Positions 1-11,400 of a stretch of DNA of 64,000 nucleotides are shown one piece after another (within the stretch, counting starts at the first letter, position 1; each line of letters starts with the position of its first letter). A program made the position numbers and the translations under genes. The DNA is from Candidatus Thorarchaeota archaeon (lineage in GTDB: Archaea > Asgardarchaeota > Thorarchaeia > Thorarchaeales > Thorarchaeaceae), in the NCBI GenBank assembly GCA_048884965.1, contig JBHLQH010000002.1, positions 134,935 to 198,934 of the forward strand. The letters are read 5' to 3'. The notes beneath the pieces are model-generated. The model was not told the DNA's origin. It did not search any database and worked only from the letters and a program-made list of their open reading frames with translations.

Positions 1-118
1 AATCAATAGAACGAATATGAAGAATAGGCTAATTATTGGATGTGCCTGTTGCATACTATCTCCCCAGCCTTATCTCCTCAATGTGAGATATAAGAATATG
101 CACGAAGTAGGGAATGTA

Positions 119-1033
119 CTACGGATTATTTTCTCTAGGAGTCAGGTCTGAGAGTCTAACAAGCGCAACGCCAATAATCGCTACAATTCCTGCTATCAAT
201 GCGAGTAGATAGGGCGGTTCACCTAAAACGAAATCGCCAATCAGGCTGACAAAAGGCACTAAGAAGAGAAATGATGATGCTTTTGGTGCACCTATGACCT
301 CAATGGCAGTGAAGTATAAGACATATGCGAGCCCTGAAGCAAGGACTCCTCCAAAGAACAGCCCAAGAATAGTCCAGATATCGAGGATAAATATCAATGT
401 CCCTCCCTCAATGACAAAGAGAAGAATGAAAGGCAATATCATGAATGAGGAAGACACATGCTTGATCGTCATCACGATATATCGATCCGCTCCCTCTAAG
501 TAATGCAATGTGATAGTATATGCTGCCCACGATAGCATGCCTATGATAGCCAATGTGACCCCAAATTCTACACCAGAAGATGAGTTTAATGTGTTCCAGA
601 GGAAGAGAAATCCAGCCACCAACCCCAAGATGAATCCAGCTACCTTCTTGACAGATAACGACTCTCCCAGGTATATCACGCCAAAGATAAGAACAACAAT
701 AGGACAGAGATTAACTATAATCGAGGTCGTACCAGATGAAATGAACTCAGCACTCATATGAGTTGAAATCACGAAGATTGCTGAGAAGAAAGCACTGATG
801 AGGAGAATTCTGGCATACGGTGCTATGTGATTTCGCATTTCGTGAAGTGACCTTCGTTGAGCCCCTAGGACAAAAATCATTGTCATGGCTCCAAGAACAT
901 ATCTAAAGAATCCATAGAGAATACCGGACACATGTATCGGATCGAACCCTGATAGCAAACGGGCTATGATGAAATTTATTCCCCACAGCGCAATGATGAT
1001 TGCAAGTAAGATATATGGTCTAGAGCTCCTCAC
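119..1033 (-). CDS. DMT/EamA family transporter
   Basis: 304 aa with ~10 hydrophobic helices; N-terminal 'ALWGINFI'; internal EamA duplication (GESLS..K..G; LGE). Confidence 0.9.
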   Translation of the reverse strand: MRSSRPYILLAIIIALWGINFIIARLLSGFDPIHVSGILYGFFRYVLGAMTMIFVLGAQRRSLHEMRNHIAPYARILLISAFFSAIFVISTHMSAEFISSGTTSIIVNLCPIVVLIFGVIYLGESLSVKKVAGFILGLVAGFLFLWNTLNSSSGVEFGVTLAIIGMLSWAAYTITLHYLEGADRYIVMTIKHVSSSFMILPFILLFVIEGGTLIFILDIWTILGLFFGGVLASGLAYVLYFTAIEVIGAPKASSFLFLVPFVSLIGDFVLGEPPYLLALIAGIVAIIGVALVRLSDLTPRENNP

Positions 1034-1070
1034 ATGCGCGGCGGAATCTCAGCGATACTTAGAGTTTGCG

Positions 1071-3443
1071 CTATAACCTGTGGAAGGTTATCGCAATCTG
1101 ATCAGAAAGCGGAATCAAACGTATTCGATTACTGGGAGACTCTATCCGAGAGATGACAGTACCTCCAAAGACCTTGACCATGTGCAGTGGAATATGCTCA
1201 GGGAGGGAAACCTCCATTTCTTCAGGCAGTTGCTCCATAATTATCTCAATCTGATGTTGATTAGCTGAAACACCTGTCGCTAGGGAAATATCTCCCAACC
1301 TACTAGGCAGGTTCGTTATTGAGAGTGCTCGCTCGGAAGTAAACCAATCCTCAGGAATTCCAGAGAAGATATGTAAATTAGTACCGAATTCGTAAATCAT
1401 CATATCCCTTAGTAACAGCTTGAGATCCGCAGCTGCATTGATACTACAACCACTTCCATGAGTGCCTCCTTTCGTCTTTGGGTCAATCCAATCAGGAAGA
1501 TAATAGAAATTCGAAAGGTAATCGGACATCCTTGCAAGGATGAGCTCCGATTCGTGTCGCATCCCAAGCAATACGAAAGCATGAGCGATTCGTAGGGCAT
1601 GGTGACTTGAGATTCTACCATCTTTCCCCGGATATCTTATTAGACCTCTGAAGAATCGTTTTTCGCGGATTCCATTTACAAGAGTCTCAAAGAGATCGTA
1701 GCCAATATCAAAGTTCTTTGAAAGAGTGCATGCGCTTATTAGATTCAGGATCGTTTCAATATCTTCGGTTGATTCATAGTCCCATGGCTTTGTTTTAAGA
1801 ATTGAATTGCAATCTTCCTGAAACATTTCGAGATAGCACTCAATGGATCTTGCAAATTCCTCGGATTTGTCACGAATTCTTGTTGTTGAGATGTAGACCC
1901 AATACCGCTCAAGCAATTCCCCAAGTGTTACCTTCCTTTTGGAAGGAACTTGAGAAACCACCACTTCCCTTTGTATGGATTCAATTGAAGGAATATCCTC
2001 AAAATCAGGGTTTACATCAACAGAGGGGGCTCTTGGCACTGAGAGTGATTTCGAAGCATCTTCTCTATTGTTGCACGCATCTATAATCTCCTTGATGATC
2101 CTATGCATAATATTCTTGAAGCTTGTAATCTCTTCAGACAGTTTGATGTCGGGCCAAAGAAGCTCCATTTCATTGATGACCCACAAAAGCGGTGTGAGTC
2201 TGAGTGAGTGTGCGACAATCTCATCCTCATTTCTAAACTTGGAAACGAATTCAGAAAGAGCAGTATGTGAGATTTCTTCATAGCCACTCTGAGCGATAGC
2301 AAGAAGTATCCTTGATACCTCTCCGGACTGTAGAACGATGTCTTCAAGTGTTAGAGTACTGATTACTCGACGAATCTGAATCACCATCGAAACTACAGCC
2401 TGCGCAGCAGCATTCCCAAGTTCCTCATCAGGGTATTCCCCAAAAGGATTCTCATCAGTGAAGTCGAACCATTTTGAGAGTGCGTTGTCCCGCTCACCGT
2501 AGAATGAAGTGGGCTCGAGTAAGGGATTGTCACTTGTGGTATGGAACAGAGGTGAAACGAAGATGAGCTTCTCGCGTCCAGCGGGTCTAAGCTTGATATC
2601 ATATCTGGCAATGGCGGTACCAGTTCCCCTTGCAGAGCTATAATCTCCATCAATCCGATTATTCTGATGAATCGTCTGTTCAAGGTTAGGATCGTCAAAT
2701 GTGCTCATTGCAAGTGTACTAGGAGAACGATCAAGCTTGATTGCAAGATATTCGTTGGAGTAGAGACATAAAGTGGAAGGGTCGTAGACGAGGCTGCTGA
2801 TCGGCAGTACACCATTCACCGATGTGGGACGCAGCGCGGCAAAAAAAGTGAAGTCAACAGGTTCGAGAGCAGCATTTTGAATATTAATCTCATTAATGAT
2901 GAATTCCTGGTCGCCCTTTGCTGCATGGTAGACTAAACGTTGGAATGTGACAGGTCCAATTGCTATTATCCATTCATACATCTGGTCTTCCAGTGATACG
3001 AGCTTGAATAGAGAATCTTTGCCTTCCAATAACGCAGGATAGATGATTTCAGAGCTCTCTGGCCAGAATTCGATGGATCCGCAGCTCTCTAGGATTGTCG
3101 TGAGTCCATGTGAATCTGAGATAGCGAAGTTCTGACCTCCAGGAGCGCCTATCAATGCCCAGTTTCGAAGAGTGTCATTTGGAAAGTAACTTGGAACCTT
3201 CTCCTTTCGTCCACCTTCCCAGATTCGTGAAATTACCCAATTTGGGAGCATAGGTTTCTCCACATTCGAAAACAAGACCCCATTTAGGCCGGCTCGAATT
3301 GCTGCGATCATTTCCCTAATGGGCATCTCCTTGCCTGAAGGTATCTCAATCCTATTTCGCAAAGCGACTTCCTTCATTCTATCTAGTACACTTCGGTCAT
3401 CAAGTATCAAGAGAAACACTCCTGGCAGGTGGTCAGGACACAT
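1071..3443 (-). CDS. Glycoside hydrolase-like protein (beta-sandwich + (alpha/alpha)6 barrel + C-terminal beta domain), possibly degenerate; true start may be 3410 or 3377
   Basis: 790-aa ORF; C-terminal 'LHIFSGIPEDWF...ITNLPSRLGDIS' is typical of six-hairpin glycosidase C-termini. Confidence 0.5.
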   Translation of the reverse strand: MCPDHLPGVFLLILDDRSVLDRMKEVALRNRIEIPSGKEMPIREMIAAIRAGLNGVLFSNVEKPMLPNWVISRIWEGGRKEKVPSYFPNDTLRNWALIGAPGGQNFAISDSHGLTTILESCGSIEFWPESSEIIYPALLEGKDSLFKLVSLEDQMYEWIIAIGPVTFQRLVYHAAKGDQEFIINEINIQNAALEPVDFTFFAALRPTSVNGVLPISSLVYDPSTLCLYSNEYLAIKLDRSPSTLAMSTFDDPNLEQTIHQNNRIDGDYSSARGTGTAIARYDIKLRPAGREKLIFVSPLFHTTSDNPLLEPTSFYGERDNALSKWFDFTDENPFGEYPDEELGNAAAQAVVSMVIQIRRVISTLTLEDIVLQSGEVSRILLAIAQSGYEEISHTALSEFVSKFRNEDEIVAHSLRLTPLLWVINEMELLWPDIKLSEEITSFKNIMHRIIKEIIDACNNREDASKSLSVPRAPSVDVNPDFEDIPSIESIQREVVVSQVPSKRKVTLGELLERYWVYISTTRIRDKSEEFARSIECYLEMFQEDCNSILKTKPWDYESTEDIETILNLISACTLSKNFDIGYDLFETLVNGIREKRFFRGLIRYPGKDGRISSHHALRIAHAFVLLGMRHESELILARMSDYLSNFYYLPDWIDPKTKGGTHGSGCSINAAADLKLLLRDMMIYEFGTNLHIFSGIPEDWFTSERALSITNLPSRLGDISLATGVSANQHQIEIIMEQLPEEMEVSLPEHIPLHMVKVFGGTVISRIESPSNRIRLIPLSDQIAITFHRL

Positions 3444-3600
3444 CCTAGGGTTTCTACGTGATTGTATTTATGTTTCATTTGGATGTCATAGGCATTGATG
3501 GATGGTGAGAGAACGTAGAAGATGACAATTCGTTAAACCTCAGATTCGTAGGCGAATAGACTAAAATAACTAGATGCGACTCATATCTTTGGGATGGGAT

Positions 3601-5343
3601 ATGAGTGAGAAGGAAGCAGCCATCGATGAATTACGAAAAGGCGATGTAGTAGGATTCAGAATCGCTGTGGAAGACTTACTAAGGAATCAAGGATGGGGAG
3701 GTGTGCATGAAACTCTCTCTCTGATACAGAGGGAATCGGGTCTTTTCCGCCAAGCAGTCGCTGAGCTTCTAGATCTCAAGCCACTGACAGGCATTGAGGT
3801 CTTCCCAATTAGATGTGTATTTGGTTTCAAAGGACAGACCCTAGAGGAGTTGAGAGAATACAGCTACCCTATTATTACGAAGTCAATAGAGGAGCAAATA
3901 GCAAGTGGGAATACTTTCTTCCTCGATGTAGATAGACTACTAACTTCACCCTATGCATATCTAATTCCTGACATCGTAATGAAGAGGAAAGAGGAAATCG
4001 AGAACCTACAAGATGGCTTTTCGATTGACGATGTGATAAGGACCTACTATGGGTTTAATCTGCTATTTCATGTACGTCTCATCAACAAAGAACCTGAGGT
4101 ACCTTCTGGAATCAGTGGCAGCTCGTTTGAGAATATGATTAGCAAAGTTCATGAGATTTGCATGAAACCACCACCTCGGGAACATGAGGGAGAAATATTC
4201 CCCAACTGCGCGGTAGACACAAATCTACTGCTACTGAAATTAATGAGCTTGTCATTCAGTTTCGAACCGTGGATCCAGCATCATGCTATTTCAGGCTTGA
4301 GAGAACAGGGAGACCCGAGGTCTATAGGATACTTGAATGAAGTCCTTCGTTCACCCGATAATCATATTGTCACAGCGGTTGTTAGTGCTATGGCATCCTG
4401 TGGAGAGCCAGTATCTCGATTGGTCACAATTCCTGAGATGAGAAACTCTTCAAACATTACCAAGATATTCTCCAGAATGGATAGCTATGAGAAGAAGATA
4501 GGAGAGAATGTAATAGAATCTGTTCTTAATAGAGGCAATTTCGGAAGCCTGATTGAGTTGCAGCTTGTAGAAAAAACATCGATTCTTGATGAATTTCAAC
4601 CATCGGATATTAAAGAAGTCATTGAGAGAAGAGCTAGTGAAATGGGATTTAATCCCGATATACTCTCATTAATCTCCTCTGAAGAGGGTAATCGAGACAG
4701 AGTGATAAGTAAGGTCAATGACCTGATATTTGAAAAGAATGTAGGTGTTACCTATGCAAGGGTAAATGCACAATTTGGCCGAGGAGTCCTTCCTGAAAGA
4801 AAATACTCGCCTCTGAATGCCGAACATATCGTGTGGTCCCCTACTCTGATGTCAATTCCAGAACTGCGGACAAATATCTTGGCAATCCTACAGGAAGCAC
4901 AACCTCCAGATCGGCTCTTGGCATTTGTGCTCGTACAGCCAAGATTTGAGGCAGCAAGAATCGAAACCGTGTTGGCGCACATCCTGTCTTCTGCAAGTCC
5001 TTTTGAGGAGGAAAGAAAGATTATAGCAAATTGCGGGTTAGGTACAGTGAGTACAAGCAGTTCTTTCCCATTTCTAGATCTTGCTCAATTCAGGTCGGTG
5101 TCAGGACACCCACTTGGCCTAATTGGAGTAATAACTCAATATGCCAAAACTGCAAATGTATCAGATAGCTGTGTCGATCAACTACAAAGACTCTTTGATA
5201 CAATCGTGTCATTCCTTCAACATCCTGACACTCTTGATATCCTTGAATGGCTAAAGTTCGAGATGAGCTGGTTCAGGTCGTCTATTGGATACAGGCATCG
5301 ACCATTCAGAAAATCGCCTGAACCTCCTGATTATTTCATTTGA
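3601..5343 (+). CDS. Hypothetical protein with HEAT-like repeat
   Basis: Long ORF (track start 3574; ATG 3601 preferred); 'IQHHAISGLREQGDPRSIGYLNEVLRSPDNHIVTAVVSAMASCG' is a HEAT-like repeat pair. Confidence 0.6.
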   Translation: MSEKEAAIDELRKGDVVGFRIAVEDLLRNQGWGGVHETLSLIQRESGLFRQAVAELLDLKPLTGIEVFPIRCVFGFKGQTLEELREYSYPIITKSIEEQIASGNTFFLDVDRLLTSPYAYLIPDIVMKRKEEIENLQDGFSIDDVIRTYYGFNLLFHVRLINKEPEVPSGISGSSFENMISKVHEICMKPPPREHEGEIFPNCAVDTNLLLLKLMSLSFSFEPWIQHHAISGLREQGDPRSIGYLNEVLRSPDNHIVTAVVSAMASCGEPVSRLVTIPEMRNSSNITKIFSRMDSYEKKIGENVIESVLNRGNFGSLIELQLVEKTSILDEFQPSDIKEVIERRASEMGFNPDILSLISSEEGNRDRVISKVNDLIFEKNVGVTYARVNAQFGRGVLPERKYSPLNAEHIVWSPTLMSIPELRTNILAILQEAQPPDRLLAFVLVQPRFEAARIETVLAHILSSASPFEEERKIIANCGLGTVSTSSSFPFLDLAQFRSVSGHPLGLIGVITQYAKTANVSDSCVDQLQRLFDTIVSFLQHPDTLDILEWLKFEMSWFRSSIGYRHRPFRKSPEPPDYFI

Positions 5344-5479
5344 CTTTCTGATATAGATACGGCGTTCACCGATGCGGTTGCCAAACCTTAATAGCATATC
5401 CTAGGCGATTTGGTACATAAGCGAAAGCTTGTAGTATCAGATAATCCTAGTTCGAATCCGCGTCACATGAGGGATTTCT

Positions 5480-6706
5480 ATGGCAGAAGTCTTCACAAAG
5501 CCTTCCCGGCGTATCACAAATATGGTAGCAAAGGAACTACGACTCATAGTTAAAGATAAGGTAGCTCTGATGTTGATATTCTTGTTACCTGCAGTACTCA
5601 TAGGGATGCTCTACTGGGTCACAAATGAAAGTGATATGGGGGGCATTGACATGGGAGGCGGAGGATTTGGTGGTGGTGGTGGTGGGGGCACCGGAGACAC
5701 AACAAATGTTACAGATATTACTGATGTAGCCACCAACACGACAGAGGAGGAAGACGGTCTAAAAATTGGACTAGTAGACCTAGACACGACACGTACGTAT
5801 GATGGACCAGATCTGTCTGAGAACTTTACGTCTTCGTTAGAGAGTTTCGTTGATGAATTGATCATCTACGAAACTGAGGACGAAGCATATCGCGATCTGT
5901 ATGAGAAGAAGATAGCAGGCTATGTCGTGATTCCAGACGGATTCGAGCAAAACCTCACATTGAACGTGCCAACCTATATCGAAGTGCATGTTGACGCATC
6001 GGACTTCATCGGGGAATCAACAGTCCAAGGAATTGTATCTGGAGCCACGATTCTCTTCAGAGTAAGCAAGCTCTGGATTCGATCGGAGGTGTTCCCCAAT
6101 ATGGTGATAGAGTTCTCTCCAGAGGGCGGCTACTTAGAGAGCGTCTTTGGTAGCTTTATTATTGTGTTCTCAGCATACCTGGGAATTGCCATGACTGCAG
6201 CGCAGTCGATTGTTGGAGATATTCCGTTGCGACGAATGTTATTGACCCCAACAAACAGACTGGAGGTTATTGTCGCAAAGGTGCTAGGATATGTCATCAT
6301 TGGCTTCTTTCAATCATTACTACTGATCACATTGTGGATCATTGTCTTTGGACTGAACCTCAATACAAGCTTCATGACTTTGGTAATCATTATGAGCCTA
6401 ATCGCGCTCACAGGATCGACAACAGGACTCCTCATATCATCAATATCAGGAACTAGACTGCAGGCGAACCAAATCTTCCTTTTTGTGCTATTTGGGTCGA
6501 TCATCCTTGCTGGCTTCTTTATCGATGTTGGGGTCCTTGACGAGATACTGCCGCTGAATCAGGGAATGAAATTACTCGTGGATACGGCATTCAAAGGATT
6601 GTCACTGTTCGATGTGTGGCTCCCAACTGCGAAACTTCTCGGTTTCTCAGTTATCGCGGTACTGGCATCTTCATTCATCTTTGGAAAGAAACCGACTCTG
6701 GGGTAG
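5480..6706 (+). CDS. ABC-2 type transporter permease
   Basis: 'KELRLIVKDK' N-terminus; TM1, extracellular domain ('GYVVIPDGF'), then 5 TMs; 'RRMLLTP...VIVAKVLG' motif. Confidence 0.92.
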   Translation: MAEVFTKPSRRITNMVAKELRLIVKDKVALMLIFLLPAVLIGMLYWVTNESDMGGIDMGGGGFGGGGGGGTGDTTNVTDITDVATNTTEEEDGLKIGLVDLDTTRTYDGPDLSENFTSSLESFVDELIIYETEDEAYRDLYEKKIAGYVVIPDGFEQNLTLNVPTYIEVHVDASDFIGESTVQGIVSGATILFRVSKLWIRSEVFPNMVIEFSPEGGYLESVFGSFIIVFSAYLGIAMTAAQSIVGDIPLRRMLLTPTNRLEVIVAKVLGYVIIGFFQSLLLITLWIIVFGLNLNTSFMTLVIIMSLIALTGSTTGLLISSISGTRLQANQIFLFVLFGSIILAGFFIDVGVLDEILPLNQGMKLLVDTAFKGLSLFDVWLPTAKLLGFSVIAVLASSFIFGKKPTLG

Positions 6707-6715
6707 GTAGTTATC

Positions 6716-8410
6716 ATGACACAACGCATTGAAGAATCAATAGAAAAGGGCGAAGAAACGCCAGCCTTTGTCGAGGAAGCATACTATTCAGGTGCAAGAA
6801 TCGGTGAAGCTATTGACTGGTGCCTATTGCGGAAGGATAGAGAGCTGCACTGCGAAATAGAAGGAAAGCTTACAGATTCAGATGAACAGGTCAAGTTTAG
6901 AGGGCGCATCATCAGCGTCAAGAAGGGAGTTCTACTCAGAAGGCTCTCTGTTGTCGTCGAGGAGGACCTGCGAAAGCGGAGGAAAGCAGACCTCGATAAA
7001 GTACTTACAGTTGGAGGAAGAGGGTCCACAACCGAAGATGTAGCTGCCACGCAGATCACGGTGCAAAACTACCTCAAACGGAATATGTCAGACGATATGT
7101 TCTTCGATGGAAAGGAGTTACAGCAAGCCCATAAAGATATCATGAAAATGAGAGAGAACAGGCTGATTAAGTGCACAGTCTGGGGAAGGCGTGCATCGGA
7201 TCGGCTGCCTATCGTGATTTCGGGAATCATCATATCAACCAACATTAGTCCACTTGAGCCATTCTTGCCAGAAGGATACCTCGAGGTGAGGGTAGAACCT
7301 GAGGAAGGTGTTGGAGATCCGAGAATATTCACAATAGCTCAACCTCAACTCCTAGTGGGACCAATTCGCTTTCGATCAGATCCGAATCTGATGATTTTTG
7401 CAAATAAGGTATATGTCCAACCATCTTCTTGGATGGAAGCACCAGTCTATAGAGATGTATTAGAATGCAGAAATCTCACAGTGACTCTCAAGAATGGAAA
7501 GAAACTGATAGAGAACGTTTCATTCTCAATCAAAGAGGGAGAAATGCTTGCGGTCATAGGTGAGTCAGGTGCTGGCAAGTCCACGACTGTCAAAGCGCTC
7601 ATCGGTGACATCCCAAGCACTGGGGTTGCACGGATAGCTGGCATCGATTCTAGGAACGCTCAGAAAGTACGCTACTTCTTTGGATACTGCCCGCAAGACC
7701 TGAACTATATGTATGAAACTTTTACTCCATTAGAGAATATCATCGCTTTCGGCAAACAGTATGATATCCCAGAATGGCAACTCACCCAAGAAGGAAAGAC
7801 CCTCCTCCGTGACTTCAACATGCTCGAGAAGGGTAATAATCTAACCAAGGAGCTGAGTGGGGGTCAGCAGCGAAGGGTTTCTATCGCGATGGCACTGGTG
7901 CATAGACCCAAGGTCCTGCTCATGGATGAGCCCACTTCAGGACTGGATCCTGATAACAGAAACGAACTTTGGCAGTTCCTGAACCACATCAACCAAGAAT
8001 ATGGAACCTCCATGGTGGTCATCACTCATTACCCAATAGAAGCTGAGTTTTGTGACAAGGTTGCAGTATTTATGCGCGGGAAGAGCTTGGTAGCTTTCGG
8101 GTCTCCTGCAAAGCTCAAGGAATCAATGCCATCTCGAGGTTTCTCAGTTGGTATCGTCCTAGAGGAAGTAGACCCTCGAGCCCGAAAAGCTCTGGAGTCA
8201 GTCCCTGGTGTAATGTTCGTACTTCAACGAGGTGAGCTCTTGAAGGTCTTCACTGAGGAACCGCTACAAACCATCGCAGAACGGTGCGTCACGGAATTGA
8301 ATGAGCGAGAGATAGCAGTCAAGATTGTGAAGACAAAAGCAGTCGCAGATCTGGTGGACTACTACATCGCTATTACTAGAGGACTCATCACTGGTATCAT
8401 TGAGAAATAA
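6716..8410 (+). CDS. ABC transporter ATP-binding protein with ~240-aa N-terminal extension (TrmB C-terminal-like repeats)
   Basis: Walker A GESGAGKST, signature LSGGQ, Walker B LLMDEP, H-loop ITH; NBD begins ~7457. Confidence 0.93.
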   Translation: MTQRIEESIEKGEETPAFVEEAYYSGARIGEAIDWCLLRKDRELHCEIEGKLTDSDEQVKFRGRIISVKKGVLLRRLSVVVEEDLRKRRKADLDKVLTVGGRGSTTEDVAATQITVQNYLKRNMSDDMFFDGKELQQAHKDIMKMRENRLIKCTVWGRRASDRLPIVISGIIISTNISPLEPFLPEGYLEVRVEPEEGVGDPRIFTIAQPQLLVGPIRFRSDPNLMIFANKVYVQPSSWMEAPVYRDVLECRNLTVTLKNGKKLIENVSFSIKEGEMLAVIGESGAGKSTTVKALIGDIPSTGVARIAGIDSRNAQKVRYFFGYCPQDLNYMYETFTPLENIIAFGKQYDIPEWQLTQEGKTLLRDFNMLEKGNNLTKELSGGQQRRVSIAMALVHRPKVLLMDEPTSGLDPDNRNELWQFLNHINQEYGTSMVVITHYPIEAEFCDKVAVFMRGKSLVAFGSPAKLKESMPSRGFSVGIVLEEVDPRARKALESVPGVMFVLQRGELLKVFTEEPLQTIAERCVTELNEREIAVKIVKTKAVADLVDYYIAITRGLITGIIEK

Positions 8411-8434
8411 TCCAACTAGCGCGGAGGAAAGGGA

Positions 8435-11400
8435 ATGTCACTACCACGAACGACAGCAATGTTCCTAATTATCATCATGTTATGCAGTTCCTTCACAACA
8501 TTTACTCCAATCCTTTCAGATTCCGATGATATCGTACGACCTGAAGAGAAACTAGAGCAATCCCTTGTCGGCAAGACAACCAGTTCTGAGGAAATTGATG
8601 CTGTTGTGAGCTATAATGAAGAAATGACTGAATATAAGATGGGTCAAGCTCGTTCGTTTACAGAGAATATCGCTAAGGTCGTGGAAGTATATGATGATCT
8701 CAATATGATCAGGATAAAGATAATTGGAACAGAACTTCTTCGTCTTGCCAAGGCTAGTTTTGTGTCACATATCTCTCCGAATGAGGTCCTACAAGTCAAG
8801 CAAACAGATGCCTACTCCAGTAAAGCCCTAGCAGAAGATGAATACACATCCTTTGCAGAGCTTATCGGAGCCACTGATCTTTGGGAACGAGGCTATAATG
8901 GAAGCGGAGTCATCATCGCGGTCCTCGATACGGGCATTGATAGCTCTCATCCAGACCTTGACAATTTTGATGATAATTCCAGTACATCCAAGGTCGCAGC
9001 CTATGCCTCTTTTGTAGAAGCGGACTCTCTGCCAACAGATATCCTTGGACCAGGGTCATATGCTGCATCTATTGCTGCGGGTACTGGTAATGCGTCTGAA
9101 GGTCGATACTCGGGCATCGCTCCCGGTGCGATCCTCCTTGCAGGAAAGGTGACACTGGGAGGTATTCTAGCACTACCGAGCTGGATCGTATCAGGAATAG
9201 AATGGGCATCCACCAATGGGGCAGATATCATACTGCTTCCGTTCAACACCTTTGGAGCACCTAATGATGCCGTGGCACAAGCGATCGCTAAAGTTGTGAA
9301 CAAGGGGATCTTCGTTGTTGCAGCAGCGGGAGATGATGGTCCTGACTATCTTACTATAATGTCCCCAGGAGGAGGACTCGAGTGCTTTACAGTAGGAGCA
9401 TATGATCATGTGAACGGGGAGGTTCCTTCGTTCTCAGGAAGAGGCCCTTCATTATCATTGAACACCAAACCAGACCTGGTCGCACCGGGAGTAGGGATTG
9501 TTGGTGCGAGGATTGGTGGTGCCCTATCAGGACTCGGTCTTGGAGATTTCGATCTAGGTGGACTTGGTGGCCTTGGAGGACTCTTAGGTGGTTCTACTGG
9601 GGAGAATATCGATGATTATTACAAGGTCGCTGATACGACCGCAGCATCAGCGGCCATTGTAGCTGGTGCAGCTGCAATTCTTATGGGAGCCTTTGATAGA
9701 GCTACGCCAATCGTTATTGGTAACGTCCTTAGAGATACTGCGACAAAGCTAGCGTATGGTGCGAATGACGCGGGAGCAGGTCTTCTGAACCTACGGGCGG
9801 CCTTCAACTATCTAAGTCAACGACAATCACCAATCGACCCACTTGCCAGAACAACAGGATCGGCATTGCTGTCCTTTGGATTCCTATCGGCAGCGGGAAA
9901 TAACGCCTCATCAATTCTGATGATGAGCAGCTTTGGCACATCTACCTTGGTCATGGATTCTAGGAATGGCAATATGGACATCCACATGCTGATGGGAACT
10001 CTCTCCCTCAAATGGAACGATATGGACCCGACAAGTCTAATGAACTTCAAGGTAAAGCGCGAACTACACAGTGTCACGCTTGAAGGTCTAACTGGACTTC
10101 TCAGCGGCCTTCTAGGAGGTGCTGGAGCTGGTGATCTCGGAGACCTAGGAGGACTCGGTGGGCTCGGGGGACTTGGAGGATTGGGAGGAGGTGATTCCAA
10201 GGGCTATGGTCGGTACGTTGGAGTTCTTTCGTATGAAGACGAGCTATTCGTCACACTCGTTGTCGAGTCATATAACTTCACAACGAATAGCACGCTTCCA
10301 CTAACGGCATTCAAGATAACTCCCTTCATCCTCAATGTGGGGAACATCCCAATAGATAACGTGAGCCTCTATCTAGGATACTCTCTGGATCTCTTTGGTG
10401 ATGGAGAAGATGATCATGGAAAATATTCCCTTTCTAATCATCAGTTATTTGCCTATGGAATATCAGAGGATTATCGTGACTTCTATATTGGCATCAACTC
10501 AAGCAGGAAGATGGACGCCTTCGAAGTAGGGAATGCATCGGAGGTATCGTCACACATAACGAATGATAACTTGACAGGCTCCACGAATTTTGATGGAGAA
10601 GTAGGTCTTGGGATGAAGTGGGACTTTGGAAGAATCTATCCTAGGACTCCTGTTAACATTAGTATAGCAATGGGATTCGGTGAGAACAGAACTGTTCTAG
10701 ATGCGTCTATTGATGCCATGTGGACAGCCGAACCACCCTCCAGCTACACCGATCAAGGAGACTTCCTGATTATCGAGGCAGATATCCCGCGAACTGCAAA
10801 AGCTGGAGAAACATATGAGTCACGTGCAATTATAATGAATATTGGAACTCAGCCCTCAGATGCTCTTGCTGCCCTTGCTATCATCAAGGACAACAATGGC
10901 TCAGGAACGGCATTTGTGCAGTACTTCACCTTTGATGAGATCAAGCCGTTCCATATCCAAGTACTAGAGGCTGAATGGCGACCTGAAACGAATACTATGC
11001 ATAATGTTGTATGGATATCAACTATTGGGCTTGAATCCTTGAACAGTATTATCTCAGACATCACGACTCTGGCAGGAGGAATCACATCGCTGGCAATCAG
11101 CATTCTCGATGACTTCATCCAACGTGATGTATTCGTAGTGAATCCTATCTCATCGGCATCTATCTTTCCAAAGGTCCTACCTTTTGGTCCGTTCGATGTA
11201 CGATTCCCTATCGATTTTGGTATGTATACAATTTCACTAGCAACGACTTTGGAGCTTGGGAACATGACTGTCAAGAACGTTGGCAATGCCGCAGATTGGG
11301 GCAATGCAACGTTGAATTCAGTAGATAGTGTTACTGGGTTCTATAATTTCTCTATCTTCGTCCTCGTGCCGCCTGTAACAGTAGATGGGTATCATCGATG

